NCBI GenBank assembly: GCA_964016885.1
Contig: OZ024741.1
Coordinates: 23,312,001 to 23,376,000 of the forward strand
Reading direction: 5' to 3'
Source: Eledone cirrhosa
Lineage: Eukaryota
Length of the DNA stretch: 64,000 bases
The notes under the pieces were generated by a model. It was not told where the DNA came from. It saw only the letters and a program-made list of their open reading frames with translations, and did not search any database. Made by a program: the position numbers and the translations under genes. Below are positions 25,613-38,670 of this stretch, in pieces. Each line of letters starts with the position of its first letter. Position 1 is the stretch's first letter.

Positions 25613-25878
25613 CAACTGCATGGTATGCAGCAAGTGTGAGTTTGATACCCATGGGTGATACTATCCACTTTTTTCTAACTCAAGCTTATATGCCTAACTT
25701 ATAGTACTTCTCATAGTCAAAAATGTGCATTTTAATATTCAAAATTCGTAAGTTGCTCAATTGTTCTAAAAATAGATTATAATCAACAGAATTAATTAAT
25801 TATCAATAGAATATACATGAAAAATAAAATTCACAACATATAATTTTCAAAGTTTTGTTATTTTTGTCTATTTTCTGG

Positions 25879-26023
25879 TTAAATATTTCTATTGGGTCAT
25901 TAGATGTAAGTTAAATATTTCTATTGGGTCGTTAGATGTAAATTAAATATTTCTATTAGGTCGTTAGATTAAGTTAAATATTTCTATTGGGTCAGATGTA
26001 AGGTAAATATTTCTATTGGGTCG
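25879..26023. repeat. ~30-bp tandem repeat
   Basis: ttaaatatttctattgggtcgttagatgtaa, about 5 units. Confidence 0.88.
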
Positions 26024-26258
26024 TTTGTTGTTTTATTATTAAAATATGGTTAGTGTTAATGTTAATAAAGAATATATCTGCCTTAGAATGACAAAGCAGA
26101 GTTGATTAAATTGCCTCCCCCTAGTATCTAATTTATTGATCAGGGAAGAATACATTAATATTATATGATAAAAGATAACACTGAAGAGGATAATTAGAGA
26201 TCGTTAGAAGATATATTGATATATAATATACATAAATAGAAAGAGACTTTAAATTTAC

Positions 26259-26466
26259 CTGAATCAGCTGGTAGTTCTGTGTAGATCTCCTGGAAAACAG
26301 ATCCTGATGGAGGTGTACCAGTAAAGAAGCTTTGATTGATGGAAGGATCACATGCTGCTAATTGTAACTCAGCTAATTTGGTTTTAACTTGCTCCACTTG
26401 ATACAATGGACAACTGGAGTAACTCTGAGGCTCTCCTTTCACCATTTTCCGATAATCAGTTGGCAT
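26259..26466 (-). CDS. ANKZF1: ANKZF1 probable first coding exon (MPTDYRKMVK...ELPADS)
   Basis: Acceptor ctttttatcag then GCA ATG (ATG at 26466); donor CAG|GTAAAT at 26259; phase 1 joins the next exon in frame. Confidence 0.7.
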
Positions 26467-28023
26467 TGCCTGATAAAAAGAAAAAACTGAATGATAAAGT
26501 GAGTAAATAAAGAGCACCATCACCATCTTCATCATCATCACCATCACCACCATCATCATCATCATCACCATCGCCACCACCCCCATCATCACCCCCCATC
26601 ATCATCATCACCACCACCACCCCATCATCATCCCCGTTTAATGTCAATTTTTCCATGCTAGCATGGGTCAGACAAGTTGTCTCAATACAAGACAATTCAG
26701 ATCAGACGACCATGTCTTGCTCACACAGAACTGATTTTGCTTGGTTTCTATGGCTGGATGCCCTTCCTAATGTGAACCAAATTTACAGTGTGTACTAGGT
26801 GTTTATTTTTGTCATGGCACCTACACTACCACTTTACAGTGTGAACTGGGTGTTTATTTTTGTCATGGCACCTACACTACCACTTTACAGTGTGTACTGG
26901 GTGTTTATTTTTGTCATGGCACCTACACTACCACTTTACAGTGTGTGCTGGGCGCTTTTTGTTGTGTGTATGTATGTGTGTGTGTGTATATATATATTAG
27001 TGAATTGTGTAGTTTTTTCTGCCGTGTGTGCAGTTCAGGGCAAAGTAAGAAAAGTAAACTGCAGGGAGTGGAGAGAGGGGGTTAGAGCTAAAATGCAATA
27101 AGATGCAATAAATGAGATAAAACTTGTTTAATAATTGTTTCTACTTTTGGCACAAGGCCAGCAATTACCCCAGTGTATTACTGGTACTTTATTTTATCAA
27201 CCCTGTAAGGATGAACGGCAAAATTAACCTCGGCGGGATTTGAACTCAGACTGTAAAGGAACGTAACCCTATGCCACAAAGCATGGAGTCCGACCCTCTA
27301 CCGATTCTGCCAGTTTAATAATGCTATATGTTTTGTGTTTTATTGTTTGTTTAGGTGAAGGTAGAGGTGTAGAAAGATGTAGAAAGTTGAGAGTGTGAGA
27401 TCTGAAATAGGGGTTAGGGTTAGAGTTAGGATTATGGTTAGTATTATTGTTAGTATAGTTACCGTGAATGGTCACATGGCTATAGTCTACTAGTCTTGTT
27501 GCTGGGTTAGTATTGTCCACTTGATAGTGGGTGATTTCGGATTTTATAATCCTTCTTTAGACTATGTTAATCTAATAACATTGTTGTATCACCAGCACGA
27601 CTACCTTACTGGGTGGACTGGGTACTTTTTGTTATGTCACCACACGACTACCTTACAAGGTTAACTGGGTACTTTTTGTCATGTCACCAACACAACACCT
27701 CACAGGGTGGACCCGGTATATATGAGAAAATATCAATAGTATTCAAAAAGCAAAATAAATTAACATACAGGAATTTTGAAAAACAAAAAGGTGATACCAA
27801 ATATTTCAACTTTTAATCCAAAGGACACCAAAAAACCTATACACACATACAACGAAACCTATTTTACTAAAGGACAAAAACAAAAAATGAAAATCATCTT
27901 ACTAAAATATTATAAAAAGTAAAAGACTGACAAAATCACTAATAAAGATATTGATGAATGTAAATAGATATATTGTATAGTTATGTATTATATAGCTAGC
28001 TATCTATCTATCTATCTATATAC

Positions 28024-30059
28024 CCAGGTCCATCCATGACAACCTCCACCTCATGCGATACATCATAGAGAGGGTTGGGAACGAACCCGGCTTTGGTGGG
28101 GCTCTGATCAACTTGGATCAATCTAAGGCGTTCGATAGGGTCGACCATGGTTACCTGGATGCGGTGCTAGCGGCGGCAGGCTTCGGACCCGTTTTCAGGG
28201 GCTGGATCACTGCTATGCACAGCAGCCGCATCTGCTCTAGGGTCAAGGTGAACGGCTACCTCTCGGAGCCGTTCAAAATCGCGCGGTCCATCCGACAAGG
28301 GTGCCCTCTCTCCTCCCTTCTGTATGTGTTAACTCTCGAGCCACTACTGCGGAAGTTGGAGTTGTTGCAGGGCATCCCTTTGGAACCGGGATTGCGGAAA
28401 GCGGTGTCGGCCTACGCCGATGACGTGACAGTAATGGTATCGACGGCCTCCGAAATCGAGGCGGTCGGCACCTTACTGGAGGAGTACGAAAAGTTCACAG
28501 GGGCTAAGCTGAACCGGGACAAGTCGATCGGTTTGCAACTCGGCACGTGGAGGGGCAGACCGATGCCCTCCGATGGCGTCGTCGGACGCTGGACGGAGGG
28601 CCCGGTGAAGTTGCTCGGGGTCTGGTTCGGACCGGACCTCCAGGTGGAGAAAAACTGGGCGGAGGTTACGAACAGGGTGTTTGCACTGACCCAGAAGTGG
28701 GCCAGTTGCAAACTATCCCTGAAAGGTCGGGCGGAGGTGGCGAACACCTACATAGCGTCCGTCATCTACTACCGCCTGACCGTAGTGCCCTGCCCAAGGG
28801 AAACCCTCACCAAGATGGAGCGCGCGCTCTTTCAATTCCTTTGGAAGAGGCGGGCTCCTATGGTGAGAAGATCCATCTGCTGTCAACACCCTTCGAAAGG
28901 AGGGCTGGGGATGCCGTGGCTAATGATGCGTAAACACGCATTAAGGCTACGGCACCTCTACGTATTCCTCACCGGACAACCGGTGTGGGCCTCGTTTGTG
29001 AGACGAACCTTTCCCAGACTCGTCTCACTCACCGAGCTGCAATCCTGGGTCAAGCAAAGACCGAGAAAACTGGGCGCCTGGCACACTGAGTGTGCCCAGG
29101 CGCTCACCGCCCTCTGGCAGGCGGATCCGGTTATCAGTGGAGACTCCACCGCAACATTCTATAGAGGGCTGGTACGCAGCAGGTGCGACGACGCCCTCCG
29201 AGAAGCCCTAGACATGGAGGAGGACGAACTGGCCAGCCTGTTCGGTAGGACATTCAGCCCGGGACCTATGGACAACTTCCAGAAGTCCCTGGCCTGGCAG
29301 TGCTACCGAGGGGCTTTACCCGTTCGAGAAAGGCTCTACAGACACGGGCGCCCGGGTAGGGACCCCGCCAAAAAGATCTGTCCCAGATGCGTGTGCGACG
29401 AGGAAACCGTTGCACACGCATTGGTACACTGCTCGGGCGCAGCCGATCTGTGGGGCTATGTCGAACAACTGCTGTCAAGGGTGGGACCGATCCGGTTGAC
29501 CACCGAGTCTATTGTAATGATCAAGCCGCCTCCCCCCTTCAAAGATGAAGCAGAGGCGGTGTTTCTGTGCGTAATAGCCATGGCGAAAGAGGTTGTATGG
29601 TGGACGCGTCTGAAAGGACTGAGGTCAGGCACCTTTCTCTCTGGCCAACAACTGGTCCGTTTCTTCCGATATCATTTCGGAAGAAGGATCAGGATGGAGA
29701 GAGAGGTGCTGCACCCCAGCCGTTTCTATGAAAGATGGGTGAAAGTGGCGAGAATGGCCCGTGTGAATGGGCCTTCACTCTACATCAGACTATAGGTGAG
29801 GAAGATGAAAGACCAAGGGAGCACCCCTTCTCTGTGCTCCTGAGGAGAAGGGTTGCACACTTTTTTCGGGGGTGTGTGCGACCCCCCAAGGCGCCTCCTC
29901 TCTATTGAGGATTTTGTTAAATATTTTATTTTTTGTTATATCTTATTTTATTTTTATATTTTGTTATTGCCTCCTCCGTATTGAGGACGCCTTTTCGTGT
30001 AAACTCCCCCCTTTGTACTTGTCCCACTTTTGATGCCCTAGTGGCAAATAAAAGAAACA
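28024..30059 (+). mobile_element. 5'-truncated Tx1/L1-clade LINE with 11-bp TSD
   Basis: LDQSKAFDRVDH, RQGCPLS, YADD, GGLG, C-terminal CPRC..ET..H...C finger; AATAAA then A-rich end; TATCTATATAC at 28013-28023 and 30060-30070. Confidence 0.93.
28053..29795 (+). CDS. Tx1/L1 ORF2 C-terminal portion (RT + zf-RVT), uninterrupted
   Basis: 580-aa open frame beginning mid-RT. Confidence 0.9.
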   Translation: MRYIIERVGNEPGFGGALINLDQSKAFDRVDHGYLDAVLAAAGFGPVFRGWITAMHSSRICSRVKVNGYLSEPFKIARSIRQGCPLSSLLYVLTLEPLLRKLELLQGIPLEPGLRKAVSAYADDVTVMVSTASEIEAVGTLLEEYEKFTGAKLNRDKSIGLQLGTWRGRPMPSDGVVGRWTEGPVKLLGVWFGPDLQVEKNWAEVTNRVFALTQKWASCKLSLKGRAEVANTYIASVIYYRLTVVPCPRETLTKMERALFQFLWKRRAPMVRRSICCQHPSKGGLGMPWLMMRKHALRLRHLYVFLTGQPVWASFVRRTFPRLVSLTELQSWVKQRPRKLGAWHTECAQALTALWQADPVISGDSTATFYRGLVRSRCDDALREALDMEEDELASLFGRTFSPGPMDNFQKSLAWQCYRGALPVRERLYRHGRPGRDPAKKICPRCVCDEETVAHALVHCSGAADLWGYVEQLLSRVGPIRLTTESIVMIKPPPPFKDEAEAVFLCVIAMAKEVVWWTRLKGLRSGTFLSGQQLVRFFRYHFGRRIRMEREVLHPSRFYERWVKVARMARVNGPSLYIRL

Positions 30060-30937
30060 TATCTATATACTACTAAATTATACTACTGATTTCTTGCTTG
30101 CTTGTCTGTAATGTAATGAAATACAGCCAAAAGGACGCATAATGAGAAAATACTTTGAAAGGAAGTTGGCCCTGAAATGGGAATACAAATGGAATAAAAC
30201 AAGTTTCACGTAAATCGGAGCACTGGTTCCTGAGATATGGGGGTTTTCCGGGTACCTTCATAAATAGAGAGAGAGAAGTATAGAGAGGAAGGGATAGTGG
30301 TTGTGAGAGAGTAGATTGAGAGAGAAACATAGATAGGGAACTAAAACACTATCTTGTACTCTATCACTTCACACAACAAAACTGGGATAAGCACTGGCCT
30401 GATGAGTCTCGTGGCTTGAGAGAGACTTTAGACTAGACTAGACCTCTTCTTCCCATCTTCAACTTTATGGACTTTCGCCAGCATAACTACAGCTTAATGT
30501 CCACTACCCACCATTTTCTTTCTTCATAACTCTCTTAACCCTTTAACATTTACATTACTCTATATTTACTATTGTATTTTCACAGTAAAGGCTTTATCTT
30601 ATATAATTATCTCACATAATATCAAATCTAGGAGATTTTAATGTTTATTTTGAGAACAATACCTTAATGTAGGTATGAGCAGCCAGATACGGCCGGTTTG
30701 AACAGAAAGAGGTGAGAGAGTATAAACTTCCGTGTGAGTGTATGTATTGTTTCTAATTTAGGTACAAGGCCAACAATTTTGGTAAGGGGAGTTGATTATA
30801 TTGATCCCAGTGCACTACTGGTGTATAATTTTATTGACCCCCATAAGGATGAAAGGCAATTTGAACTAATAACGTAAAGGGCCGAAACTCTATGTCGCAA
30901 AGCATGTAAATATTTTAACAACTATCACATCAAAATA

Positions 30938-31297
30938 ATGTCATAATTCTCATTAATATAAACTTTCATGTTAGTATATATATTAATGGCAATTATGACA
31001 TCAACTATGACTTAATGTCATAATTCTCATTAATTTAAACTTTTATGTTAGTATATATATTAATGGCAATTATGACATCAACTATGACTTCTAGACTTAA
31101 TGTCACAATTCTCATTAATATAAACTTTTATGTTAGTATATATATATTAATGGCAATTATGACATCAAGCCTGCAGACTCAATGTCATAATTGCTATTAA
31201 TATAAAGTTTCACGTTAGTATATATATTAATGGCAATTATGACATCAAGCCTGCAGACTCAATGTCATAATTGCCATTAATATAAAGTTTCATGTTA
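30938..31297. repeat. Tandem array of ~80-bp self-complementary units
   Basis: aatgtcataatt...aattatgacat units start at about 30938, 31015, 31099, 31181, 31261. Confidence 0.85.
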
Positions 31298-31633
31298 TAT
31301 TGGTCACTATAACTTTCAGTGGTTGTTTGGCTAATGAAGATTAGTGATCATAGCATATGAGACTGAATCAGGGAGATTGGATATAAACTGATTATAAACA
31401 ATTTCACAATAATCTATTTAGCAGTTTTTTTATGTACACCCTAAAAAACAAACAAACAAACATGATACATCATCATCATCATTGTTTTTACATCTGGTGT
31501 TCATGCTAGCATGAGTTAGACAGATTGGTAGGTCAGATGATAGCATCTGGCTCATATATTCCATTTTAACATGGTTTTTACAGTTTACTAATGTCAACTT
31601 TACAGCATATAGGGCACAACATTTTATGGAGAT

Positions 31634-33545
31634 ACCACCACCACCTTACAGAGTGGCACCACCACCTTACAGAGTGGCACCACCACTACCACCTTACAGG
31701 GTGGCACCATCACCTTACAGAGTGGCACCACCACTACCACCTTACAGGGTGGCACCACCACTACCTTACAGGGTGATACCATCACCACCACCTTACAGGG
31801 TGGCACCACCACTACTACCACTACCTTACAAGATGGCACCACCACTACCACCACCACCACCACCTTACAGGGTGGCACCACCATCACCACCACCACTACC
31901 ACCACCACCACCACCACTACCACCTTACAGGGTGGCACCACCACTACCACCACCTTACAGGGTGGCACCACCATCACCACCACCACTACTACCACTACCT
32001 TACAAGATGGCACCACCACCACCACCACCACCACCTTACAGGGTGGCACCACCATCACCACCACCACTACCACCTTACAGGGTGGCACCACTACCACCAG
32101 CTTACAGGGTGGCACCACCACTACCACCACCTTACAGGGTGGCACCACCATCACCACCACCTTACAGGGTGGCACCACCACTACCACCTTACAGGGTGGC
32201 ACCACCACCACCACCTTACAGGGTGGCACCACCACTACCTTACAAGATGGCACCACCACTACCACCACCACTACACCACTACCACCTTACAAGGTGGCAC
32301 CAGCACCACCACCACCACTACACCACTACCACCTTACAAGATGGCACCACCACTACCACCTTACAAGATGGCACCACCACTACCACCTTACAAGATGGCA
32401 CCACCACTACCACCTTACAGGGTGGCACCAGCACCAGCACTACACCACTACCACCTTACAAGATGGCACCACCACTACCACCACTACTACACCACTACCA
32501 CCTTACAAGATGACACCACCACTACCACCTTACAGGGTGACACCAGCACCACCACTACCACCTTACAAGGTGGCACCACCACCACCACCTTACAGGGTGG
32601 CACCAGCACCACCACCACCACTACACCACTACCACCTTACAAGATGGCACCACCACTACCACCACTACCACCTTACAAGATGGCACCACCACTACCACCA
32701 CTACTACACCACTACCACCTTACAAGATGACACCACCACTACCACCTTACAGGGTGACACCAGCACCAGCACCACCACTACCACCTTACAAGATGGCACC
32801 ACCACTACCACCTTACAGGGTGACACCAGCACCACCACTACCACCTTACAAGATGGCACCACCACCACCACCTTACAGGGTGGCACCAGCACCAGCACCA
32901 CCACTACACCACTACCACCTTACAAGATGGCACCACCACTACCACACCACTACCACCTTACAAGATGGCACCACCACTACCACCTTACAGGGTGGCACCA
33001 GCACCAGCACCACCACTACCACCTTACAAGGTGGCACCAGCACCACTACCACCTTACAAGGTGGCACCAGCACCAGTACCACCTTACAAGGAGGCACCAT
33101 CACCACAACCTTACAGGGTGGCACCACCACCACCTTACAGGGTGACACCAGCACCACCTTACAAGGAGGCACCATCACCACAACTTTACAGGGTGGCACC
33201 ACCACCACCTTACAGGGTGGCACCACCACTACCACCTTACAAGGTGGCACCAGCACCACCACCTTACAGGGTGACACCAGCACCACCACCACCTTACAGG
33301 GTGACACCAGCACCACCACCACCTTACAGGGTGACACCAGCACCACCACCTTACAGGGTGACACCAGCACCACCACCACCTTACAGGGTGACACCAGCAC
33401 CACCACCACCTTACAGGGTGACACCAGCACCACCACCACCACCACCTTACAGGGTGACACCAGCACCACCACCTTACAGGGTGACACCAGCACCACCACC
33501 ACCTTACAGGGTGACACCAGCACCACCACCACCACCATCACCACC
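31634..33545. repeat. Compound minisatellite ccttacagggtggcacca + (CCA)n
   Basis: Fixed core with variable CCA/CTA spacers and regional variants. Confidence 0.95.
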
Positions 33546-34600
33546 ACGCCACCAAACTGGGATAAACACCCGCCTGATGAGCCTCCTGGCTTGCAACAGA
33601 CTTTATACTAGATTAAACTATGCTCAAATACCAGCTTAATGATGGTAAGTTAGTTATCATCATCACCGTTTCATGTCCATTTTTCCACACTAGCATGGGT
33701 TAGACGAGTTGTCCTGTTGTGGGCAATGCTAGATCAGGTGATCATATCTTGCTCATACAGAACTGATTTGGCTTGGTTTCTACAGCTGGATGCCCTTCCT
33801 AACGCCAACATTTACAGTGAGTACTGGGTGCTTTTTGTAGTTAGTCCCTTCAAATTCAAAATTAATCGAAAATCATAGCCTGTATATTCTATAAAAACAT
33901 GATAACATAAGATAAAACAATATCTATACAAATGTGAATAATTTTCTTTAAATACTCAAAAATAAATAATTTTGAATATCTAACATTATGAAATACACTT
34001 TACCTCATAAAAAACTATATATTAAAATTATAAAATATTTTTTATTGAGGATTTTTTGTCCAGTGCTTTTTGTTTTAGTCATAGACCAGTTTAACTACCT
34101 TGGGGTCTCGAATAATCACCCCCCCCCCCCCCCCGCACACACACACACACTTATTATTAAATTTTGCTAATCTTAGGTGAAATTTTATTTTATAATAATA
34201 ATGAAATTATTGTGTACAGTGCTCAGGTGCACTACAACTCATCAAAGGTGCATTTTAAGTGGTAGCAATCCTGTGACAATTAATTTTCTTTAGACATTAA
34301 AAAACATTATACATGACAAAAAAGTACATTACAAGAAATCCCATACGTTATAAAATAAATAGGATGGGTTGGGGGTCTCAATATGTAAACTGAACAACTA
34401 ATTCTCCACCCTATCTCATGCTTATTCCAGCCACCTACTATTATTTGGGACCCGAGCGTATATGATTAAGGTTCCTAGCAAAAATTAATTGTATTTATTA
34501 TGTGTTTATATTTTCATTCTGTAAGAACTATAAACAGTTTGTAATGTTATTGTTATATAACTGTGAACTTGTGAACTTGGGAAACTAAAAAATACTTTAC

Positions 34601-34700
34601 GTATTTTACAGAATACAAGATTTACGAAATAAACAGTCGCCGCCACCCCACCACTTGAGCGGACACATGGTGTTACTACGTCTAAATTGAAATTAGTAAA
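34601..34700 (-). promoter_or_regulatory. Candidate non-coding first exon / promoter of ANKZF1
   Basis: Locally CpG-containing non-repeat DNA ending in a GTAAAG donor-like site at 34600; the ATG exon has an acceptor so an upstream UTR exon must exist somewhere. Confidence 0.3.
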
Positions 34701-35199
34701 AATTAAAGCCGTAATGTTTATAAAACACTGAACTAATTACCAACAGACACTACACATATTTAGTAAAATAAATGTTTTATATTTACAATGAAATCTATGA
34801 CTTCGTATTTTTATTTCGTTCTCCTGCCACGATGGTAAACGATAATAAGACACCTTATAAGAGTCTATACAAATCTTGTGTGTCCTGTTAAACAGCTGCG
34901 GATTAATGTGACAGTAAGATGTGCTATATAAACGGGGTGGGGAGGTTATTGTGACAATGATGTCATCAGCTAGAGAGCCGGAGAAAAAATAATAACTTTC
35001 GGTATTATTAAATTACCTTCCATTTACAAATTTACATCAAATACTGTCAAAATATTAATAATAATAATTTAGCTTATCCTTCCAAAACGATAAAATAACA
35101 AGTTCCATTTATTAAGTGGAATAGACTACATCTCCCCGCCAAATGTATGGTGTTACACAATCTAAAAACATATATGATGAAATCATAAGTTTATAAGCA

Positions 35200-35520
35200 G
35201 ACTTGCAAGATCTTCTTCCACTTATTCATGAGAGGGCCGTGTGGGGTGTCCTCAAACACTTCTTTCAGCGGATCTTCTCAGAAGTAACCATCTCCAACTG
35301 ATCCAGCTGGATCCCCGAGACCAGCCAAGCTTATAGATGTTATCCAACCATCTTGCTCGGGGTTTACACCTGGGTATCTTAACGGTTGGTTTTGCTCGTA
35401 AAATCTCTCCAACCATTCTTTCCTGAGACATTCTAGCCACATGTCCATAGTATCAGAGCTGTGATCTCTCAATTCGGAGAAGTAGCGGCTCTACCTGGAG
35501 TGACTCTCTTGCAAGATCAA
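35200..35520 (-). mobile_element. Old RTE-type LINE 3' fragment (related piece at 53640-54005, + strand)
   Basis: LLRIERSQLR*YGHVARM...PR..PRARWLD motif. Confidence 0.7.
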
Positions 35521-36644
35521 TTTCATAACATGTATATGTTACCATTGGTTTCGGAGTCCAGCCATGGCCACCGCTGTATATATATAAGAAAGGACTATTA
35601 ATGCCATAAATGAGAGGAAAAGGAGGGAGAGAGCAAGGACTATGAGGACACGGAAGAAAGAAAAGGGGGGAAGGTGACAAACTTTATGCCTAGGGCGGAA
35701 TGGTGTTTCGGCTGCACCCCTTGGACAAAACTGCAAAGGTATTTCGACGGCTGACAGGAACTCAAAATAGAAAGGTCGAGAACAAGAAACCATAATCATC
35801 AATTTGGTTCTAACTACTGTACCAGGCCATGCACGATGTGATGTTACGGAAAACTTTAACGTTAATATCTGAGTGTTTATTAAACTAACAGGTGTAGTAA
35901 ACATTATACTACATAAATAATTGTTTCTACTTTTGGCACAAGGCGAGTCAGTGCATTACTGGTACTTTATTTTATCGACCCCGTAAGGATGAAAGGCAAA
36001 GTCAACCTAGGCGAGATACTACATAAATAAGATAAATAAAATATAGGGGTGTTTGCCAGAGTGATAAACTGTCATAGTCCTATTTTAGGGTTCCATTATG
36101 GTTGCTAGGGTAATAATTGTTTCTACTTTTGGCACAAGGCCAGCAATTATCCTAGTATATTACTGGTACTTTATTTTATCGACCCTGTAAGGATGAAAGG
36201 CAAAGTTAAATGTGTCACAGTTTTATTATAGGGTTCCATTAAAGTGAAAGTAAATGCTTGAGTGATAATAGGTTATATTCTTATTTTAGGGTCCCATTAT
36301 GTTTGCTTGAGTGATTGTGTCACAGTCCTATTTTAAAGTTCTGTGAAAGTGAAATTTCCAAAATATATTTTAGCGAACATCGGCAAAGAAAAGTGAAAAG
36401 TTTTGATGCTGCCAGCTAGAAACCTCAAATGAGCGATAAAACAGATTTAAACAATAACAAATCAAACAAGATTATTTACAAGATTGTGATTAATATTTAA
36501 TTGTGTATAGATTTGTTTTAGTTAATTCTCTTGTGATAACTGTAATGGGCTGGCGGTTGGCATATGAAATATCAATTATATATGATGCAAGAGCTGCCGT
36601 TTGGATGAAGCCTGGCTAGTATTAAGAATATTCAAGCAGATATA

Positions 36645-36921
36645 TATTCTCGGGTCCCAAATAAAAGGGGGTGGGTCAATAATCTTTCTAGGTTGTCCCC
36701 GTTGATTTATTTTAAAAATCAGAAATAGTTGTTTAGTTTACATATTGAGACCCCAACCTATTTATCCTATTTATTTTATAACGTATGAGATTTCTACTAA
36801 TGTTCTTGTTTGATGTCATGTATAATATTTTTTTAATATTTAATGAAAATCAAAATAAAATTTCGCCGAAGATAGATTAGCAAAATTTAATAAGCGCGAG
36901 GGTATTCGAGACCCGAGAGTA
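36645..36921. mobile_element. TA-flanked MITE (TACTCTCGGGTC-like TIRs, probably Tc1/mariner/pogo-type); relatives at 10585-11167, 34095-34460, 50020-50160
   Basis: tattctcgggtc ... gacccgagagta; shared interior ttggggtctcaatatgtaaact. Confidence 0.7.
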
Positions 36922-38625
36922 TCTAATACCAATATCACGAGCATTATTAATTTTTTTCACGAATATTTAATAATTTTTAAATATGTAGTTGTATTGAATA
37001 CTCAAGGATACAACTGCCGCCAGTAATCGAACTCACAACGATCGTGATTATCCAAACAGCCTGACCACTAAGACTTCAACGAGGTTAGTATTGGTTATAG
37101 TGATGCCAATAGACTTTTGGTGTGGAAACAAGAAATCCTGTATATGTCCCTCAATATACTTTTAGTCCAGACCAGTACCATTTCTACCACTCATTACACT
37201 CTTAAATTGAAGATAATAAAAAATATGCCTTCTATATTCTGTCCGCCGGGGCCAAGCGTGCGGACCCCTATTTGCTTATAATAGTGAGAGATGGGGAGAG
37301 CGAGAGAGACGGAGGCAGTGACAATGAGAATTTGATTCCATTATGTTCAGACCTAATACGTATGTATATATTTATTTACCACATCACATATACATAAAAA
37401 TATTATAACAATTTCTTAGAGAAAAATCGCAGATATGTTAGGATTGCATAACATTTATTCCACGGGGGAAGGACGAGATACGTAAATTTACTTCGACCGA
37501 AAACACAAACTTCATTATAAACTCGATTTAAAAGTGAGAGGTCCCATATTTTTTTTTTTTTTTTTAATATATATATTGAAGAATGAAAAGTAGAGGTGAA
37601 TGTTATTTTCGCTTGTATCTGTCAAATTTAGACGAAATTTATAAATATATACAGATGTTTCTATTACTAACAAATGTTATCTCCGTAAACAATAGAAAAT
37701 ATTCATTTATCTTTTGGTATCTATGTTGATGTGTACACATAAATAATGTAGGCGATCAACTCGACAGCTCTTCGGAAATAATTGTTTCTACTTTTGGCAC
37801 AAGGCCAGCAATTATCCAGTACATTACTGGTACTTTATTTTATCGACCCCGTAAGGGTGAAAGGCAAAGTTAACCTCGGCTCGGAAATAATAGCAAATAT
37901 TTACATGGATGAAGCCTGGCCAGTATATTTGGGAAAAATCAATATCTGCCTAGAAATTTGAAAGACATTTCCTCTACCGTTTTATAAATATACAGTAGAA
38001 ACGTTGGTGTTAGTCCAGTATGTCAGTGTGTTATTAATATAGTCCAAGGTAAGAGTGATGGACTGATAAATTTGTCAGAGCGTCGGGTAAATTGCCATTG
38101 AGATGTTTGTTCTGGTTTTTGACATTCTTAGCTCAAATCCCGCTGAAGGTAACTCGGATTTTCATCCTTCTGAGGTCAAGTACTGGGATTGATTTAATCA
38201 ACTTTGCACTTCCTAAATTTGCTGGCCTTGTGCCTTCATTTGAAATCAATCTAGTCCAACGTATACAAACTCATGCAACACAGTTCTACGACTTTGATTT
38301 ACTTCTCTCCATACCATCGGATGTTCTAACACACACATATATATATATATTATGCACTCACGTTCCTGATGCTAACAGTATTTATTTCATAAATACATTA
38401 CAAATCGTTTGCAATTCTTTCAGAATGAAAATATAAACAGAGCATATAAATAAATCTACAGCAGAACAACACAACAAACATGTTTCAAACATATACATAA
38501 TTAACATAAATGCTTAGACAACACTACAAATAGCTCGCGACTCCTTCAGAAAGATATACTCCTCCAATAATTATAAGATAACAGGAGGCTGGACCAGTTC
38601 TATCCAGTGGTAAACCAACAAAACT

Positions 38626-38669
<44 letters not shown>

Positions 38670-38670
<1 letters not shown>

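Noticed and set aside
22234-25704. Three ORFs of more than 1100 aa
   Set aside because: Artefacts of a stop-free 33-bp unit; overlapping on both strands, inside an ANKZF1 intron, no signal peptide or unique domains
27409-27440. Interstitial telomeric (TTAGGG)n
   Set aside because: Only a few degenerate units; too short to interpret
30390-30440. CTGATGAG hammerhead-like cores (also 33575)
   Set aside because: Part of the SINE 3' tail; no properly placed GAAA or stem III
31624-33639. Extensin or mucin-like genes
   Set aside because: Frames shift repeatedly along the array and the core derives from a retroposon tail
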